From Calcarisporiella thermophila CBS 279.70 (lineage: Eukaryota; Fungi; Calcarisporiellomycota): a stretch of DNA of 64,000 nucleotides. The stretch covers positions 211,036-275,035 of the forward strand of contig NW_027192208.1 in assembly GCF_041956535.1 (NCBI RefSeq), in the 5' to 3' direction. The notes under the pieces were generated by a model. The model did not search any database. It saw only the letters and a list, made by a program, of their open reading frames with translations, and was not told the DNA's origin. Below are positions 25,340 to 39,534 of the stretch, piece by piece. Every line of letters begins with the position of its first letter. The first letter of the stretch is position 1. Position numbers and translations under genes: made by a program.

Positions 25340-27999
25340 CTAATCTACTTTGAGGGTTTTTTGCAAATGCCATCGGGCGCCAACCACCCCCAGCACAGAG
25401 GCCGCCAAGATGCCAAGGCCAATCCCAAGCTCAGCGTATTGCGCTGACGGCGGCTGGTACTGGAAGAGCCTTAGCGTCACTTGGTCCCACACGCTCTCCG
25501 TCCAGGTGGCCCTGCTCGGATCGACCACCTCATAGCTCCCGTCTCTCTTTCGGCGCAAGCCCATCCCGTACGCATCGTGGAAGCGCGTTAGAGACGCGAC
25601 ACATCGCCCCGCAATGCAAAACCTTCCTTCGGGGCACTCATCAATGCGATTGCAGGCGGGCGCTGCAGGATCCGGGAGAGCAGTGAGATTGGCAAGCACG
25701 GTATGCACAAAGGATGAAATGTAGCTGATTTGCCGTGGGTCATAGACGGAGCTGTAATGGCTAATGGGGCCGATGGGATCGGAATCCGATGATCCTAATG
25801 CAAGATGCAGTCAATGGGTCAATTCGCGCAAGGGCCTCGATTCAGTGCATCCACTCTTACGGTTGTAAAACTGCCCGAAATAGGAGCACGAAAAGTTGGT
25901 AGTCAAGCAGCCCAGCAGCTCCGTCACCAGCGTGCAATTGGCCGAAATCTGCGCAAGGCTAGACTGCGCTCCTTGTGCATGAGTCCAGACCCCCCGGGCC
26001 ACCGTGGTCGCTAGTGAGCACATCGCACTCGCCGTTTTGTCTTGGTCGAGGTAGTCGTCCAGTTCGCTGCTATAAAACCTGTGGAATATCAATGGGCAAG
26101 CCTAGGTTAGGGCGGCTCTGCTACGCCTCTTTGAGAAACAAACGGGGGCTACTACTTGTTCAGCGCCTTCTGATAGTCGGTGATGACGACCGCCGGGATG
26201 CTTCGCTTCCGTTGCAAAAACGCTTGCGCTGCCGCAGGCGGAAGCTTTCGATCCACCCCGTCGGAGCTTGCCCGGTCCATCGCGATGGCCGGTTGAGTCG
26301 GCGGCGGAGAGCCAGCGGGCGGGGAATTGGCCGCAAGGAGCGTGGCGACGAGGTTTTGGTTCCCAGGAAGGGCCTGATCATCCACGTGCAAAAAATACTT
26401 GCCGTCGCTCGCATTGGTGAGCGCCACGGCCCCAAGCTCGATCACCGAGTCGATGTTGTCGAAGTTGATCCGCTTGAAGTCGCGATCTGCAACACACGGA
26501 TCCATACACGCGGGTTTCGCGTAGGGGCACGCGCCGCTGTTCTCCGACGCACACTCGAAGGGGGTGGCGATATCATGTACAAACCGCTGCGAGCCCGAGT
26601 GGCCCCAGGCTTCCCCCGTGAACACCGTGTAGAGGATATGTTTGGAGAGAGACTGGGGAGGCTGGGGCGCCTAAATAACAAATCGAGGCGGGTAGGGGTT
26701 AGCGTCACATGGGGAGTGGAGCCATTTCGGCTTGCTCACCTTGCTTAGTGCGTCCGCCACCGCCAACAGGGTCACCACCCCCGATATACTGCTCTCAACC
26801 CCCATGGTCAGTTCATGGAAGAGGGATCGGCTATCCATGACGGCCGAGAGGACTAGGATCGGCTTGCTCTCTTCCGGCTTGAGGTCGGAGGAAGGGGTGG
26901 AATACACAGATTTCCCGCCCACAGGGCCGCACCAGCCTGAAATGGGGGAGGGGCCAACAAAAAGCAAAATGGTAGTGTCCATACAGCAGGCTGGCATCAA
27001 AGAATCATTTACCTCTTCTCAAGCAGGTCGAAGAATCGACGGCTGCCCACATAAATGAACTGAACTCGGCAGCCACAAGGGGCCACTGCTTAAACTTCTT
27101 GGATTGGTTGTCGGTGGCGAATTGTGCAATAGTGTCGTAAGACGACGCAGTCGAGTTGTCTTGTATTCTGATAGCATACACCGGGAAATTAAAGCTGTCA
27201 TAGATCAAACCAGAGCCCTAGCCGGGACACAAACATGGGGGTTTCCACAAGTATAAGAGGGGGGCTATCCAAAGCAACGGACGTATCCGAAAATAAGGCC
27301 ACTTACGATGGGATTCCAATTATAACGATTGCTGTCGTTGGCATAGAGCCCAAATTCGCAATTAGGACATAGACTATCTGGCGAGTATTCAACCGGCCTT
27401 GGGCCAGAGCCAATAGACGTATTGGCATTCACCACTGCTATTACGCCTCCCAGTCTCCCAGCCGACTCCAGATTAAGCAAGTTTTGTCTGATCCACAGTT
27501 TTAGTGGAAATGGTGCAATGGGGGGAGGGGTGTGATATGGGGATAATTTACCTGGTGAGCAAGCCATAAGGCATAATCACAGCATACTGTAGGTCACTCC
27601 CCGCTGGCGGATTGTCTATTAATGATTGAATATCGGCCTCGCTCTGAACAGGGTAAAGAATTCCAATGCGTGGTTCTCGAGCTATCCAATGACAAGAATG
27701 ACATGAAAATCAATGCGTGGAACCGAATCAACCAAGGCATCTGGTGCACTCACACTGACAACCAATGACCCCTGTGCTGTTTAGAAGGCGCACACATGGC
27801 CAATTCGACAGGTCTTTATAGATGGTATTCTGTATAGAATCATATTGCGCAAATGCTGGGATGGGGGAGGGGAAGAGGAGGGGGGATTAGGAGCTAGTGA
27901 ATAATGGCATGAAAACAAGGCAGCCAACGAAAGAATCTCACCACATGTAAAAACTGTCCCTAGGAAAGCAATCCACGGGATGGCTCGCTTTAACCGCAT
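25340..27999 (-). CDS. NCSTN: Nicastrin (gamma-secretase subunit), multi-exon
   Basis: Signal peptide at 27999; exon motifs CVRLLNSTGVIGC, YSPDSLCPNCEFGLY, WNPIGSGLIYDSFNFPVY, AVDSSTCLRR-GWCGPVGGKSVY, AVMDSRSLFH, FTGEAWGHSGSQRFVHDI, LPPAAAQAFL, TWTESVW followed by a C-terminal TM helix. Confidence 0.92.
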
Positions 28000-28664
28000 C
28001 TTCTTCTTCCGCGTCGTGGACCTAATTCCACTACTTGAGTGTATATAAATGGGAAGAGCAGTTATCGAATTACGAGGCGCAGTGAATTAACGCGGAGAAT
28101 AGCACATTAGTGGGACCTTGTGATATGGGGCTTGGGGACGTCACCTTTTTTTCTTCTTTTCTTTTTTCTTGTTCTATAGTGATGTGGAAAGAGGAGAGTC
28201 TCATCAACTTATCTAGACCAATTTGATCTTGTATATTGTTTTGAATTTCTTTCTTTGACTATAGTTTTCTTTTATTTTTTTCTGGGCTTTGGTCATAAAA
28301 CCTTAAAGGTTGAGATTTTATCCTGTTCCCACCCCCCACCCCCATCCACGGCTCTAACGCTCTGTTACTCCTTGTTCTACGCAATCTTTTGTGGAAATCG
28401 CTACCTTAACGAATCCCTTCTCACCCCCGGTAGGTGCTTTTTCCGGTTGTCATTGTTTCTACTCTGCCCCCGTGTTGGATGGCCGGCAAACTCCTAATTT
28501 CTGCGAGATTTGCCCATTGCCATTGACACTGGAGAGCGGTTTGCATTGCTATTCATCGCATTGATAATCGGTTGGTTAAATCTTTCGTGACTAAGCGCTG
28601 AATTCTATTCTCCCTCCGTACAGAGACCAGATAGAAGCTATTTTTAGCTTGTAGAGAACAAATA

Positions 28665-31600
28665 ATGGCGGACGATGGTAGGGCTGGTTCTCTAGGACAA
28701 TCCCCCCCTCTCCTATGGCTTACACTAAATTGTTTCTCTCCTCGCCCTCCGCCCCCTCTTTTACTACTAGATCCTTCGTCTACGCTTGATTTATTGAAGA
28801 GATCAGTGGAGAACGCTGCGATGGCGGCAAGCTCTCGTGGCTCTCCTACCCTCGGCAATGGCAAAGAGCCTCCCTCATTTCTTGCAGTCCGACGCCCGCG
28901 CGCCGGCACCATGCCATCACGCTCCTCGACTTCCCTCTTTTCCCCGCTCGGTGAATCGGCATCCTCTCCATCTAAGGCACCACCGCCAGCGCTCCGCATC
29001 TCTCCCTCGCCATCCTCGAAGCTCGCCCTAGGAATGGACGACAACGCTCAGGATGCTCCCACCGATAACTCCCGCCTAAGTGCCAACCGCAATCGCTCTA
29101 CCTCTCTCAGTCAACCGTCGCCTCGAACTCTGTCAAACGCATTCGGCCCGTCCCTCTTTGCCTCCGGATGGACTGACCCTCGCGTTGACCCGCTCTCCCC
29201 TATCGGGAACGGCGGCGAACTCTATGTCGACGACGGCAGCACCACGATTGCACGCACACTCGACTACCTCGGACTAGAAGAGGCCGGCCACCACTCTTTA
29301 TCGGCGAGCGCGGGAGCCATCCGGCGGCCTGCTAGCGAGACTCTGCAAGACCTGAGCATGAATGAGCCATCGGATACGGCAAAGCCCGTCTCCCTCGTCT
29401 CCCGATTGCCCCATATAACCAATAGGGTTCGCTCCTGGTCGACTTCGGCCACCAACCGGTACGAGGGGGACGAGGACTCGGCCTCAACCGCCCTGGGAGC
29501 TACCCGAGTGCACAGCTCTTCGGGTTCCTCCTCCGCCTCTCCCTCTGCGGGCGCTTTCGTTGCCCCAGGAGGGGTGCACCAGTTCCACCGTACACACTCA
29601 AATCGCCCTCGTGCTATCTCGGTGGGCGTCCTGGACTCGCCCGATCACCGCGGCCTGCAGCCTCAGCAGTCCACCTCGTCCTCGGCTGCGCCGTCTCGTT
29701 CCACTTCACCACCCCTTCGCTATGACGCTGAGAGCGTTGAGCTCGCCGGCACGCTATCCGGCCTCCCTCTCGCCTCCTCCACCGGAGCCGAGGCTGACCT
29801 CAACAATTCGGCCGCCCTGCACACCTCTTTGAGCGGTAACGATCTACTCAACCTGCTTGTCAATGGGGTTGTGGAGGGCGGGAAGAAGGCGCCCACGAAA
29901 CACTCCCTGGGCCATATCCGGCACAAGTTCGTGGACATCACGGATGACGCTTCCCCCGTGTACAACTCTCGCTCGCCTTCTCCCCCCATTAGCGACACCT
30001 ACTACTCCTCCCCCTCCACCGGGCAGCCCTCGCTCGCCGCAAGTCCTTCGATTGCCGGGACGATGACCCAGAACCCCACCCGCTCCCTTTGGATCGGTAA
30101 CCTCGATCGCAGCGTGTCCGCCGACGACTTGATGCGCATATTCGCTCCCTTTGGAAGCATCGAGAGTCTGCGTGTGATTCCGGAGCGCGAGTGCGGGTTT
30201 GTCAATTTTATCCGACTGGAAGATGCGGTGCGCGCGAAAGAAGAGGTCATGGGTCGAATGGGCGGGTATATTGGAGGAGGCCCCGTTCGGATCGGCTTTG
30301 GCAAAACGGAGGCCATTTCAAGCCCAAGCGAAGTGAGTGGGGGTAAACCCACGCGTGCGCTATGTAAGTGCTCCTACGGCCGAGCTCCGTACTCATTTGT
30401 AGAGATCTGCGAACCCTCATGCTAACTGAGATGTTTTTTCTGCTGTAGGGATCGGAAATATTCCCGCGTCAACGACCTCGGCGCAACTACACAGTCTCTT
30501 TAGTCAGTTTGGCGCCATCGAATCGGCTCGTATTCTCGCCCACAAAAATTGTGGGTTTGTCAACTTTGAACGTGTCGAGGATGCGATTCGTGCCAAGAAA
30601 GCCATCCAGGGCAAGGATATCTTGGGCGTGAACGCAAGTATTGTGCGCGTGGGCTTCGCCAAGGTTCCGCCGCGTAACTCAAGCGGCTCTCCGCCCCTCT
30701 CCTCGGAGCCTGAGCAGCCTTCCTCCCCGACGCCGTCTCCCCCCCTCCAACAACCGAGCCAACCCTCGCAGCAGGCACCACCCCCCTCCTCCACCCAGCC
30801 CAAATCACAACACCAGGAACAACCACCACAGCATACGCAAACTCAGCCACAGCCACCCCAGAAGGTGGGACTGGGCGTGGAAATGGGAGCGATGATGAAT
30901 CCCTCTATTGAGAGCTATCATGCCAACCTCATTATGATGATGGCGGCTGCAAACGCGAATGCTCTTCAACACGAGCGGGTGATTATGCTACGAGAGCTTG
31001 GAGACAATGATGGGGATATTGACGAGCCACCTCGCCCCCCCTTTAATTACTTCTCCATGATCCCTCCGGTGGCAGAGCCCAACCCACGCCGCCGCGTGGA
31101 TACGGTGCGTCTCCGGGAGATGCGTAAGCGATTCGACAGTGGACACTGCACGGTGAAAGAAGCGGAGGCCATGGCGCATGAATGTATGGAGGAGATTGTG
31201 GAGTTGAGCAGCGGTAAGCCATTCAGCCATGTCCATCTGTGACGAGTCTTGGATCTTGATTTTTCTTTTTATTCACATCTGCTTACCCCTCTATTAGATT
31301 ACTTGGGCAATACAATTGTTCAGCGACTTTTCGAGCGTTGCTCTGAGAACGTCAAAACACGAATGCTCGAGCGGATCGCCCCTCACCTGGCCACCCTCGG
31401 GGTCCATAAAAATGGCACTTGGGCGGCCCAGAAGATTATTGACTGCGCGAAAACCTCTGCTCAGATCTCGCTCATTTGCACCCATCTCAAGCCCTACGCG
31501 CCCCCCCTTCTCCTAGATCAGTTCGGAAATTACGTGATCCAGTGCACCCTTCGCTTCGGCCCCGCACGCAACCAATACGCATTCGAAGCGATGGTGGACC

Positions 31601-32817
31601 GACTCTGGGAGATTGCCCAGGGCCGATTTGGTGCCCGTGGGATGCGCACTTGCCTGGAGAACCCGAACGCTTCGCGCCGGCAGCAGAAACAAGTCGCGGT
31701 TGCCATCATCCAAAACTCACTGCTGCTCGCCACCAATCCCAACGGCTCCCTCATGCTAACTTGGCTGCTCGACACCTCCAACCTGCCGGGCCGCTACCGG
31801 GTGCTTGCTCCGCGGTTGGCCCCGCATCTTGCCCACCTCTGTACGCACAAGCTGGCCTCGCAGACCGTGCTCAAGATTGTGAATCAGAGGCAGGATGCCG
31901 TCGCTAGAAATCTCATTCTCGCTTCGCTCTTCTTCTCCCCCGGCGACCAGGTCCTTGAGGAGGTGTTGGGCGACCAAGTCAACGGTGTCACGGTGGTGCA
32001 GAAGATTTTGACGGGCCACTTCGACGAGCAGACCGAGCGGCAACGTATTGCCGAGAAGACGCGCCAGATGATGGAGAAATTGAACCTGCAAAACTCGACC
32101 GTGTCGGTGTACAAGAAACTCCAAGAGGAGCTAGCCAATATTCCCAGCATATCGCTTACCTCGTCCGTAACGATGCCCTCTTTGCCCTCCTACTACCCCG
32201 GCGGAATCGACTATGCCGCGTTGGCTGCCCAGAGCTTTATGCCCTCAGCAACCCCAATCGTGACGGGCCAGCCCTTGCCCCCCGCCTCCCAGCAGGAGCA
32301 AGCGGGGCACACCGCTTCCAAGCCCGCGGGAGACGACAAGGCGGAGAAGCCCGCGCCCCCGTCTGCTGGTGCAGCAACGTCTGAGGAAGAGAGCACAGTC
32401 ACCTCTCCAACCTCGGCACCTCCCGTCCAGCCGGCTCCAGTCGCCCCACATGCTGCCTATCCTCAGCCCATGGCCTGGAATATGTCGCCCATGCCTTATC
32501 CAATACCATTCCCACCCATGATGCCGCCACCGCCCATGAACGCCCCCTACTCGGTTCCGCGATTGCCTTCTGGCCAACCCGGTATAGCTCCGCCCTACAT
32601 GATGTTCCCGCATTTAGCGGCAATGATGTACGCCCCATACGGAGGACCACACCCGATCCCAACCACCTCCACGGCTGGCTATCCTCAGGCATCCCCTGTT
32701 GCAACTGCCCCGGGAGGGCCACCGGCCGAAGGGGGCGATGCAAGGCCGGAGGAGAGCGATAAAAAGGACGACGCAGATAAAGCAGAAGCAACAAGCGCCG
32801 CGGCGGAAAAGAGCTAA
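28665..32817 (+). CDS. JSN1: RRM + Pumilio-repeat RNA-binding protein (Jsn1/Puf2-like)
   Basis: Introns 28678-28770 (in frame, stop-free), 30364-30448, 31214-31297; two RRMs (TRSLWIGNL...CGFVNF; TRALWIGNI...NCGFVNF); PUF repeats (DYLGNTIVQRLFE, HKNGTWAAQKII, DQFGNYVIQC, RFGARGMRTCLE). Confidence 0.9.
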
Positions 32818-33510
32818 TTCTTCCATCCTGTTTAAATATGTTTTTTTCTTTCCTCCTTTTCTTCTTTTTTATTGGCGCCGGTCGCTGCTGCGTTTGTTTT
32901 TTATACTTGAAGGGGGAGGAGTTTGTGATAGACTTCATTGGGGTTTGGAACGGCACAGAGCATTGGATAGGGTTCTGGTTTTTGTGGTATACATTATTCT
33001 CTATGAAAATTTTTGGAAAAGCCTATTTTTTATCTTCTTTTCTCTCTCCTACTCACTCATTCTGCACTCAATTCTCTTGGTAAAAATACTCTTAAAAAGG
33101 TTGTTTTTTATTTTTTTTTTTCGCACTTTGATTCTAAAAAACAAATCCTTTACTCTCTCTTTCTCTCCTATGTGTGCGTGTGTTAGATCTTCGTCTTCTT
33201 TTATGTCATAGGGTTTTTATACTTTCTTCTTTATATATTATTATCTTTTCTTTTATATTTCTTTACGGAGTACGGGATTATTCTTTTTTTTTTTCTCTTG
33301 TGTGCAAATAAAATCTCTTCCATGTGTCTCTAGTCGAATCTTGCAAAAGTGGCAAAGTCAAAGTTACCTGCCTATTGCTCTTTTCGGCTGATGACGTATC
33401 GAGAGATCCCAAACCTTTTATCCTCGGAGGTTCCATTCCAGCTATTAGTATTTTTCCCCTCTCTTCTTATTTGTCCCATTCTTGTTCATATAGATTAGCA
33501 CCCTATACAA

Positions 33511-35833
33511 ATGACCACTCATTTCATTCCTTCCCTCGGCAATGGGAAAAAACCCAGCTTCATACTGGGCGACGGCTCCTACAAGATCATTAATGATCCC
33601 ATTCATGTAAGCCTCCACTTGCTCCCCTCCTGGAAATTCAACCCCTTCTCCCTCCCCTCCAATTCATCCTTCTGTACGACCCGTGCTCTAATGTGCATAT
33701 AAACCTTCTTTCGATGTATAAAGGGCCACATAAAGTTAGACGACTACTGCATAGAAATGATAGACACGGTGCAATTCCAGCGTCTCCGTGATCTCAAACA
33801 ACTCGGGAGCGCCTACTTTGTGTTCCCCGGTGCTTCTCACAATCGCTTCGAGCATTCCATCGGTAAGCTTTTGCAACAGTGAGAAATTCCACTCGGCTCT
33901 GAACAATGTTTTTGCTTTCCCCTGCATGGGGCGCTTGCTTATACACCAGGTGTATGTTATCTTGCGGGAAATATGATAGAGCGCTTTCAATTGAGTCAGC
34001 CGGAGCTTGACATTACTGATCGAGAGGTCAGATGCGTGAAGCTGGCGGGGTTATGCCACGATTTGGGTACGTGTATGCTCATTAGCTCAACGTTTTTTCC
34101 CACTATTTTACGGTTATAGGTTTTTGAATCCGCTTATTCATGCATACTGCTATTATTTGTAATCTCTCACTAATAGGGCACGGCCCCTTCTCGCACGTAT
34201 TTGATAACGAGTTCATCCCCAAAGCTCGGTATGTAATTCTCTATGGCTGGCCCCCCAGTCTCCGTTGCTTAGACTGTTTGCTGATTAAGATTTATTGATT
34301 TGTTTAATTGATTGTTTTGTTGCGGGCTACTTATTTGTTAAACATAGCCCGGGGCTGACATGGTCGCACGAACAGGCCTCAGAAATGATGTTGGAGTATC
34401 TTGTTGACGATAATCACATCGATATTGAAAAGGACGATCTCAATCTTGTCAAAGATCTTATTTCGGGAAAGCCAAGAGGGCAAAGGCAAGCACCCTTGTA
34501 CCACTTTTAATTAACCATTCGTCATAAATGTATATAGTTCATTTCTCACTGAACTCTATTTTTTGGTTTTCACGAAAACAGCTACCGGAATGAGCACGCC
34601 TTCCTCTTTGATATTGTCGCCAACCGGCGTAACTCGGTGGACGTCGACAAATTTGATTACATTGAGCGCGACAGCTATAATCTCGGCATCAAAACCTCCT
34701 ACGACTGCTCCCGTCTCATGACCTTCTCACGCGTCGTCGACAACCAAGTATGCTTCCACTACAAGGAGGTGTACAATATCTACGAGATGTTCCACACACG
34801 CTTTAGTCTGTTTAAGCGGATATATACGCACCGAGTTGGTATGTCATTGAGATTGTCCCTCTTTGTTCGTTGTCGGTTAATGATGAACTTATATTCGGCG
34901 CGCTAAAACAATTAGGCAAGGCCGTTGAATACATGATCGTAGATTGTCTTCTGGCTGCGGATCCGTACCTCAACATCTCCTCCGCGATCGACCGGCCCGA
35001 AGACTACGAGATGTTGACGGACGATATCTTGCGGGAAATCGAGCGTTCAAAGGAAGAGGAGCTAGCCCCGGCTAGACACATCATTAAGCGATTGCGGCGT
35101 CGTGACCTCTACAAGCTAGTAGACGAATGCTTGGTCCCTGCCGACTTGTTACCCTATCTCTCCAAGGTAACTGCTCGATGTCCGGAAGGAGTAAATACTC
35201 CATGACGTTTGACGTTGCTTTTATTACTTAGGACAAGATCACTCCCCGGGAAATCATAGCCCACCAAAAGGACAATGACCATTTGAAGGAGGATGACGTG
35301 ATTGTAGAGTGGCTGAAAAACAACTACGGAATGAAGGGAGGCCGCAACCCAGTGGATTATATACGATTTTACTCAAAATTTAGCGAAGAAGGTACATGCA
35401 TTTCATTATATCGCTAAGTTGGCTGCGCGCATTCTTGACCACGATTCTCTTTCTGGTAGAATCTTTCCATATTCCAAAAGATAAGGTCAGCTATCTGGTG
35501 CCAGCCTATTTCGAGGAGACAATGATACGTGTGTTTGCTAGGGACAGCGAAAAGGTGAATGGGAGGAGTTTCCAGCGCAACGCCTTTCTTTTCGGCTAAC
35601 CTTGCTCTTTATAGATCAAACCAATCCAAAAGGCCTTCCGCGCTTTAATGGAAACATTCCGCCGAATCGAGGTCGTACGCACCCCCAATTCAGCACCCCC
35701 CGCTCTGTTGCTCACCCCCAATCCTGCTTTGACACTACCCGGCAACTATCAGAGCCCTCCTCGAAAACGACGCTATGTCAGCCCCGGGTTGGAGGACAAT
35801 GGCTGTTCGATCGTGAAGGCATGGGGCAAGTGA
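33511..35833 (+). CDS. SAMHD1: SAMHD1-like HD-domain dNTP triphosphohydrolase (no SAM domain), multi-exon
   Basis: Spliced motifs [91 protein letters not shown]. Confidence 0.92.
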
Positions 35834-36537
35834 TATCCCATAAAGAAGCTATTCTTTACTCATGGCATGGATATCGGTGGAAAAATGGGGCCTCTTTTAT
35901 ACCGATGACTTTTCATTTGAGCATACATATATACATATATATATATATATTTAACTTCTTTTCGTTTTTTTTTTTTTGTTCGCGCTCCAATCTTGAAGCC
36001 CCTACTAGAGGTGTACTTGTAATATTCTATTTCTTCCAACCCCACTTGTATTTTTTATACTTATATATTACGTATGCTTTCAACCCAGAGAATAATAGAG
36101 CATCCGAATAAGTTTGCACACCCAACCTCATTGACTTTAATAGGCATGGCTTCTTATACCATAATTTTTATTATGTTGTTGTTCAATAGGATGCTGATCA
36201 AAGAGCAGAGTTAATGCTAAGAGTACACTCAAAGGGTTTGTATTGTATGTTTAGAGCAGTGATCAGCTTCGAGCCGTCTCCTCTACGTGTCTGAAGGAGG
36301 AAGCTAGAGTAATAAGAACTAAACCACTCGAATTTTTCAGAAAACGCGGGGTCCTTATTCTTACATCTACAAAATGAACAAGTTTTGTCATTTCTAACCC
36401 AGTGGCTGATTCGGTGCTCAGCTTTCTATAGAAGCTTTTTATTTCACTTAGGCTCACTATATCACTTTATCAGTTGATTTAAATCTACTTAGCGACCGTT
36501 CATTCGTGCATTATCCATCATATCACCGACTGTCTCG

Positions 36538-38191
36538 ATGGGCGAGGTGAAATTAGCTTCTTTAACTTAATGTAGTATTCCTTTGTTTTTGCTGACGCTA
36601 TCCTCTTTTGTGCTGTTTTCATTCCCACCCCATTCCAACCCTCCAGTGGGAAAAGCTCCTGAAACTTGCTTCAACCTATACTGATGCTACAGAGCGACTC
36701 CTCAAGACTCGACAGCGTGAACATAAAGAAGAAGAGGAGCGTAAACGGCGAGAGGAGGAGGAACGCCAGCGAATCGAACGCGAATCGCGCCAAATTTTCA
36801 TCAACCTAACCAGGAAAGAAGAGGAGCTGAAGCGAAAAGCACAGGAGGAAGAGAAACGACGGAGAGAATTGAGAGAAGAGAGAAGAAAAGAGAGGGAGAT
36901 TGAGCGATTCTTAAAAGGTCCTTCAGGAAGTAAACAAGCTAAGACTGGTCTTTCAAGGATCAGCCAGGACCCAGTAGGAGATCCACCTGCAAAAAAGGTA
37001 CTTTCGATTGTAATGATAAATTAATAATTCATGCCTATGCTATTGCGATTTACCGGCTCTGATCTGATTTTGCCCTGGTGAATGTAGAAACGACGCGAGG
37101 AGCCATCCTTTGATGAGCTGATGCGTCAAGCTTCCAGTGTAGATGCATCAGCGTTTAGCCTTGCGCCTGTCCTTGTTAGCAAAAAACTGCCGGCCTCTTC
37201 AGCACCCGCACGAAATGATAAATCTGCCACTAATTCGGGTAGATCTACGGCAGAGATCACTAAAAGTAACTACAGTTCTTCAAGACCTAAAGAGTCAGCT
37301 ATCGAACGTGCTCTGGCTAGTGGGTCAAGCGCCCTTTCTGCCATCAAGAATGCTCGCCGCTACTCCTCCCCTGGCACGAAATCCCTTAATTCGACGGATA
37401 CAGCCACTGGCCGTGGCCAGAGTCGCTCGAACATTTCCAGCACTATTACTAATAAATCGAATGCCGCCAAACCTAACGGCAACGAGCATCTTTCTGCGCG
37501 CGAACGCCTAACCAAGGAGATTAGAAATAACAACCGACCGGTTCCCCTACAGACTAAAAAGCGGGATTTGAGATCTGTAGAAGAGATACAGATGGACTTG
37601 TGGCGGCGAAGAGGTAAAAACATTTCCCCCGACACATCTTCTGCTCCTCGTGACCGTAATGGCATGGCTCGTCCCCCATCTGCCCCCAAAAGCAAAACTC
37701 CACCCACCTCAGCCTCATATAGGAGTAGATACTCTGCCTCACCCAATCCAACCAAATCGAATCTTGAAAGTGCTCGCTCTTCGATGCGACGTCCTCGTTC
37801 CTACGAGGAAGAGGAAGAGGAGGACGATGATTTAGATGACTTCATAGATGACGAAGAAGAGGAGGACTATCACGGAGACTATCGTGGTAGAAGCCAAGTG
37901 TCAAGTGTCATATCACAGATTTTCAGAAGAAGGCAACCGCAATACGATGATTACGGCGACTCGGACGATGACATGGAGGCGTCCGCAGCCGACGTTTACA
38001 TGGAAGAAAGGAGAAGGTTAGACATGCTGCCGTTTTATTTGGCATAGCTCAAGCTTGAATAACTGACGCTTTATTTTTAATAAATTAGTGCGAAGATTGC
38101 TAAATTGGAAGATGAGCGTGAAGAGGAGCTTGAGCGGCAGGAAAAGGAGCGTTTGCGCCAAAGAAAGCTGGCGCGAATGGGAAAGCGTTGA
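36538..38191 (+). CDS. SPT2: SPT2-family histone chaperone/chromatin protein
   Basis: Charged coiled-coil N-terminus, KRDLRSVEEIQ, DDLDDFIDDEE and C-terminal DDDMEASAADVYMEERR-SAKIAKLEDEREEELE (SPT2 domain) across short introns; start exon (ATG GGC GAG|gt) inferred. Confidence 0.85.
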
Positions 38192-38483
38192 AATTTGGGT
38201 CGATTCAAGGAACACTGTTCCATATTTATTATTTTGTTTTTTCATTGTTGCGGTTAGATCCACCATGTTATTTATTTCCATCAACCTGAATCCATTCGTA
38301 TTATGCCCCTTTCGCTCCCCCTTCCCCCCCAATTCATTTGAAAGCCTTAATTTTCCGACGGACTTTGCTCAATCTTCGATTTCCTCCTATTTTGCCCTTC
38401 AACTTGTTTCAGAAATACATCAGACTTTATATTTTTGCAATGTGACTTGAAAATTGCCTTCGAGTATAGAAGTTCCACTTTAA

Positions 38484-39534
38484 ATGCTATATTTTGTGCG
38501 GCAGCGTTGTCTCTGGCTTTCCGGTTGCAATTTGCGAAGAGCAGCAGTTCAACCTAGAACAGGTTAGCCGAAGCGATCCTGTTGCTTACTGACTTTCTTT
38601 TGGTACTAAGTTGCATGGTTGCCTATAGGCTTTTTCAATCGCGCCTTTGCATCCCAGTCCACCCCACAAGCCCCTCCTCCACTTTCTTCAATCGTCAAAA
38701 ACCTCAAGACAACACTTGCTCAACGCGATGTGTTGTTCTATGAGGCGCCGCAGTCGTCTCACAGGATAATTACGATTCTGTATTTGAGCGCTGGAGTGCA
38801 ACTAGTGTTTTGGTAGGGTTTGATATGGTATTGGCTGGTGATGTAATGATTCTACTAACTCTATGGTCATCAGGGGAAATATCTCCAATTTGATGTATTT
38901 AACATATGGAGAGAAGAAGAGGTAATATGCACTCGCCGGTTCGTTTTTTGACTCTTCTAATTAACCACAATAAAATCTCTAGTGATGAAGGCAATGAAGC
39001 GAGTCTTGCTCCTAAATCGAAACGCTTGGCCATATCACTTGGTCTCTTTACAATTGGATTGCTTGTATCTGGGGTAATGTGTGCTTATCCTTGGCGGTAG
39101 GTTTAAACTTTCCCATTATTCTAAAGTGCCAACTGACTGATCTCTGAACAAATATACTGTAGATATGTGAGCAAATTGACGCTACTCAAAGGGGGGAAAA
39201 ACATCCGTGTGCAGACTGCCTCATGGTATCCCCGCTTCTCTCGGGATTACCACATCGACGATCTGATGTGTAAACAGAAGCTATTTACTGGTAGAGGTAA
39301 CACTTAATTCAAATGCCATTTTTCCGCTTCTTCAGCTCTCACTGCTGGAATCTTTGACTGAGAGTTTAAATTATCGTAGGTGAACGCGGGACCGAAACGT
39401 TGTCTTCTTCTTCCCATATATTTATTAATGCGAAAAACGAGAAACTTGCTTATGTGCTTGACCGCCGAGGTACCTTCAGCGAGCCGCGGATCTTCGACGC
39501 GCTACTGCACAAACCTGGCAAATGGAAAAAATAA
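38484..39534 (+). CDS. TMEM223/Mrx15-like mitochondrial inner-membrane protein, multi-exon
   Basis: Arg-rich presequence-like N-terminus; two TM segments (ILYLSAGVQLVFW; LAISLGLFTIGLLVSGVM); LAPKSKRL, RYVSKLTLLKGG, YVLDRRGTFSEPRIFDALL. Confidence 0.75.
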
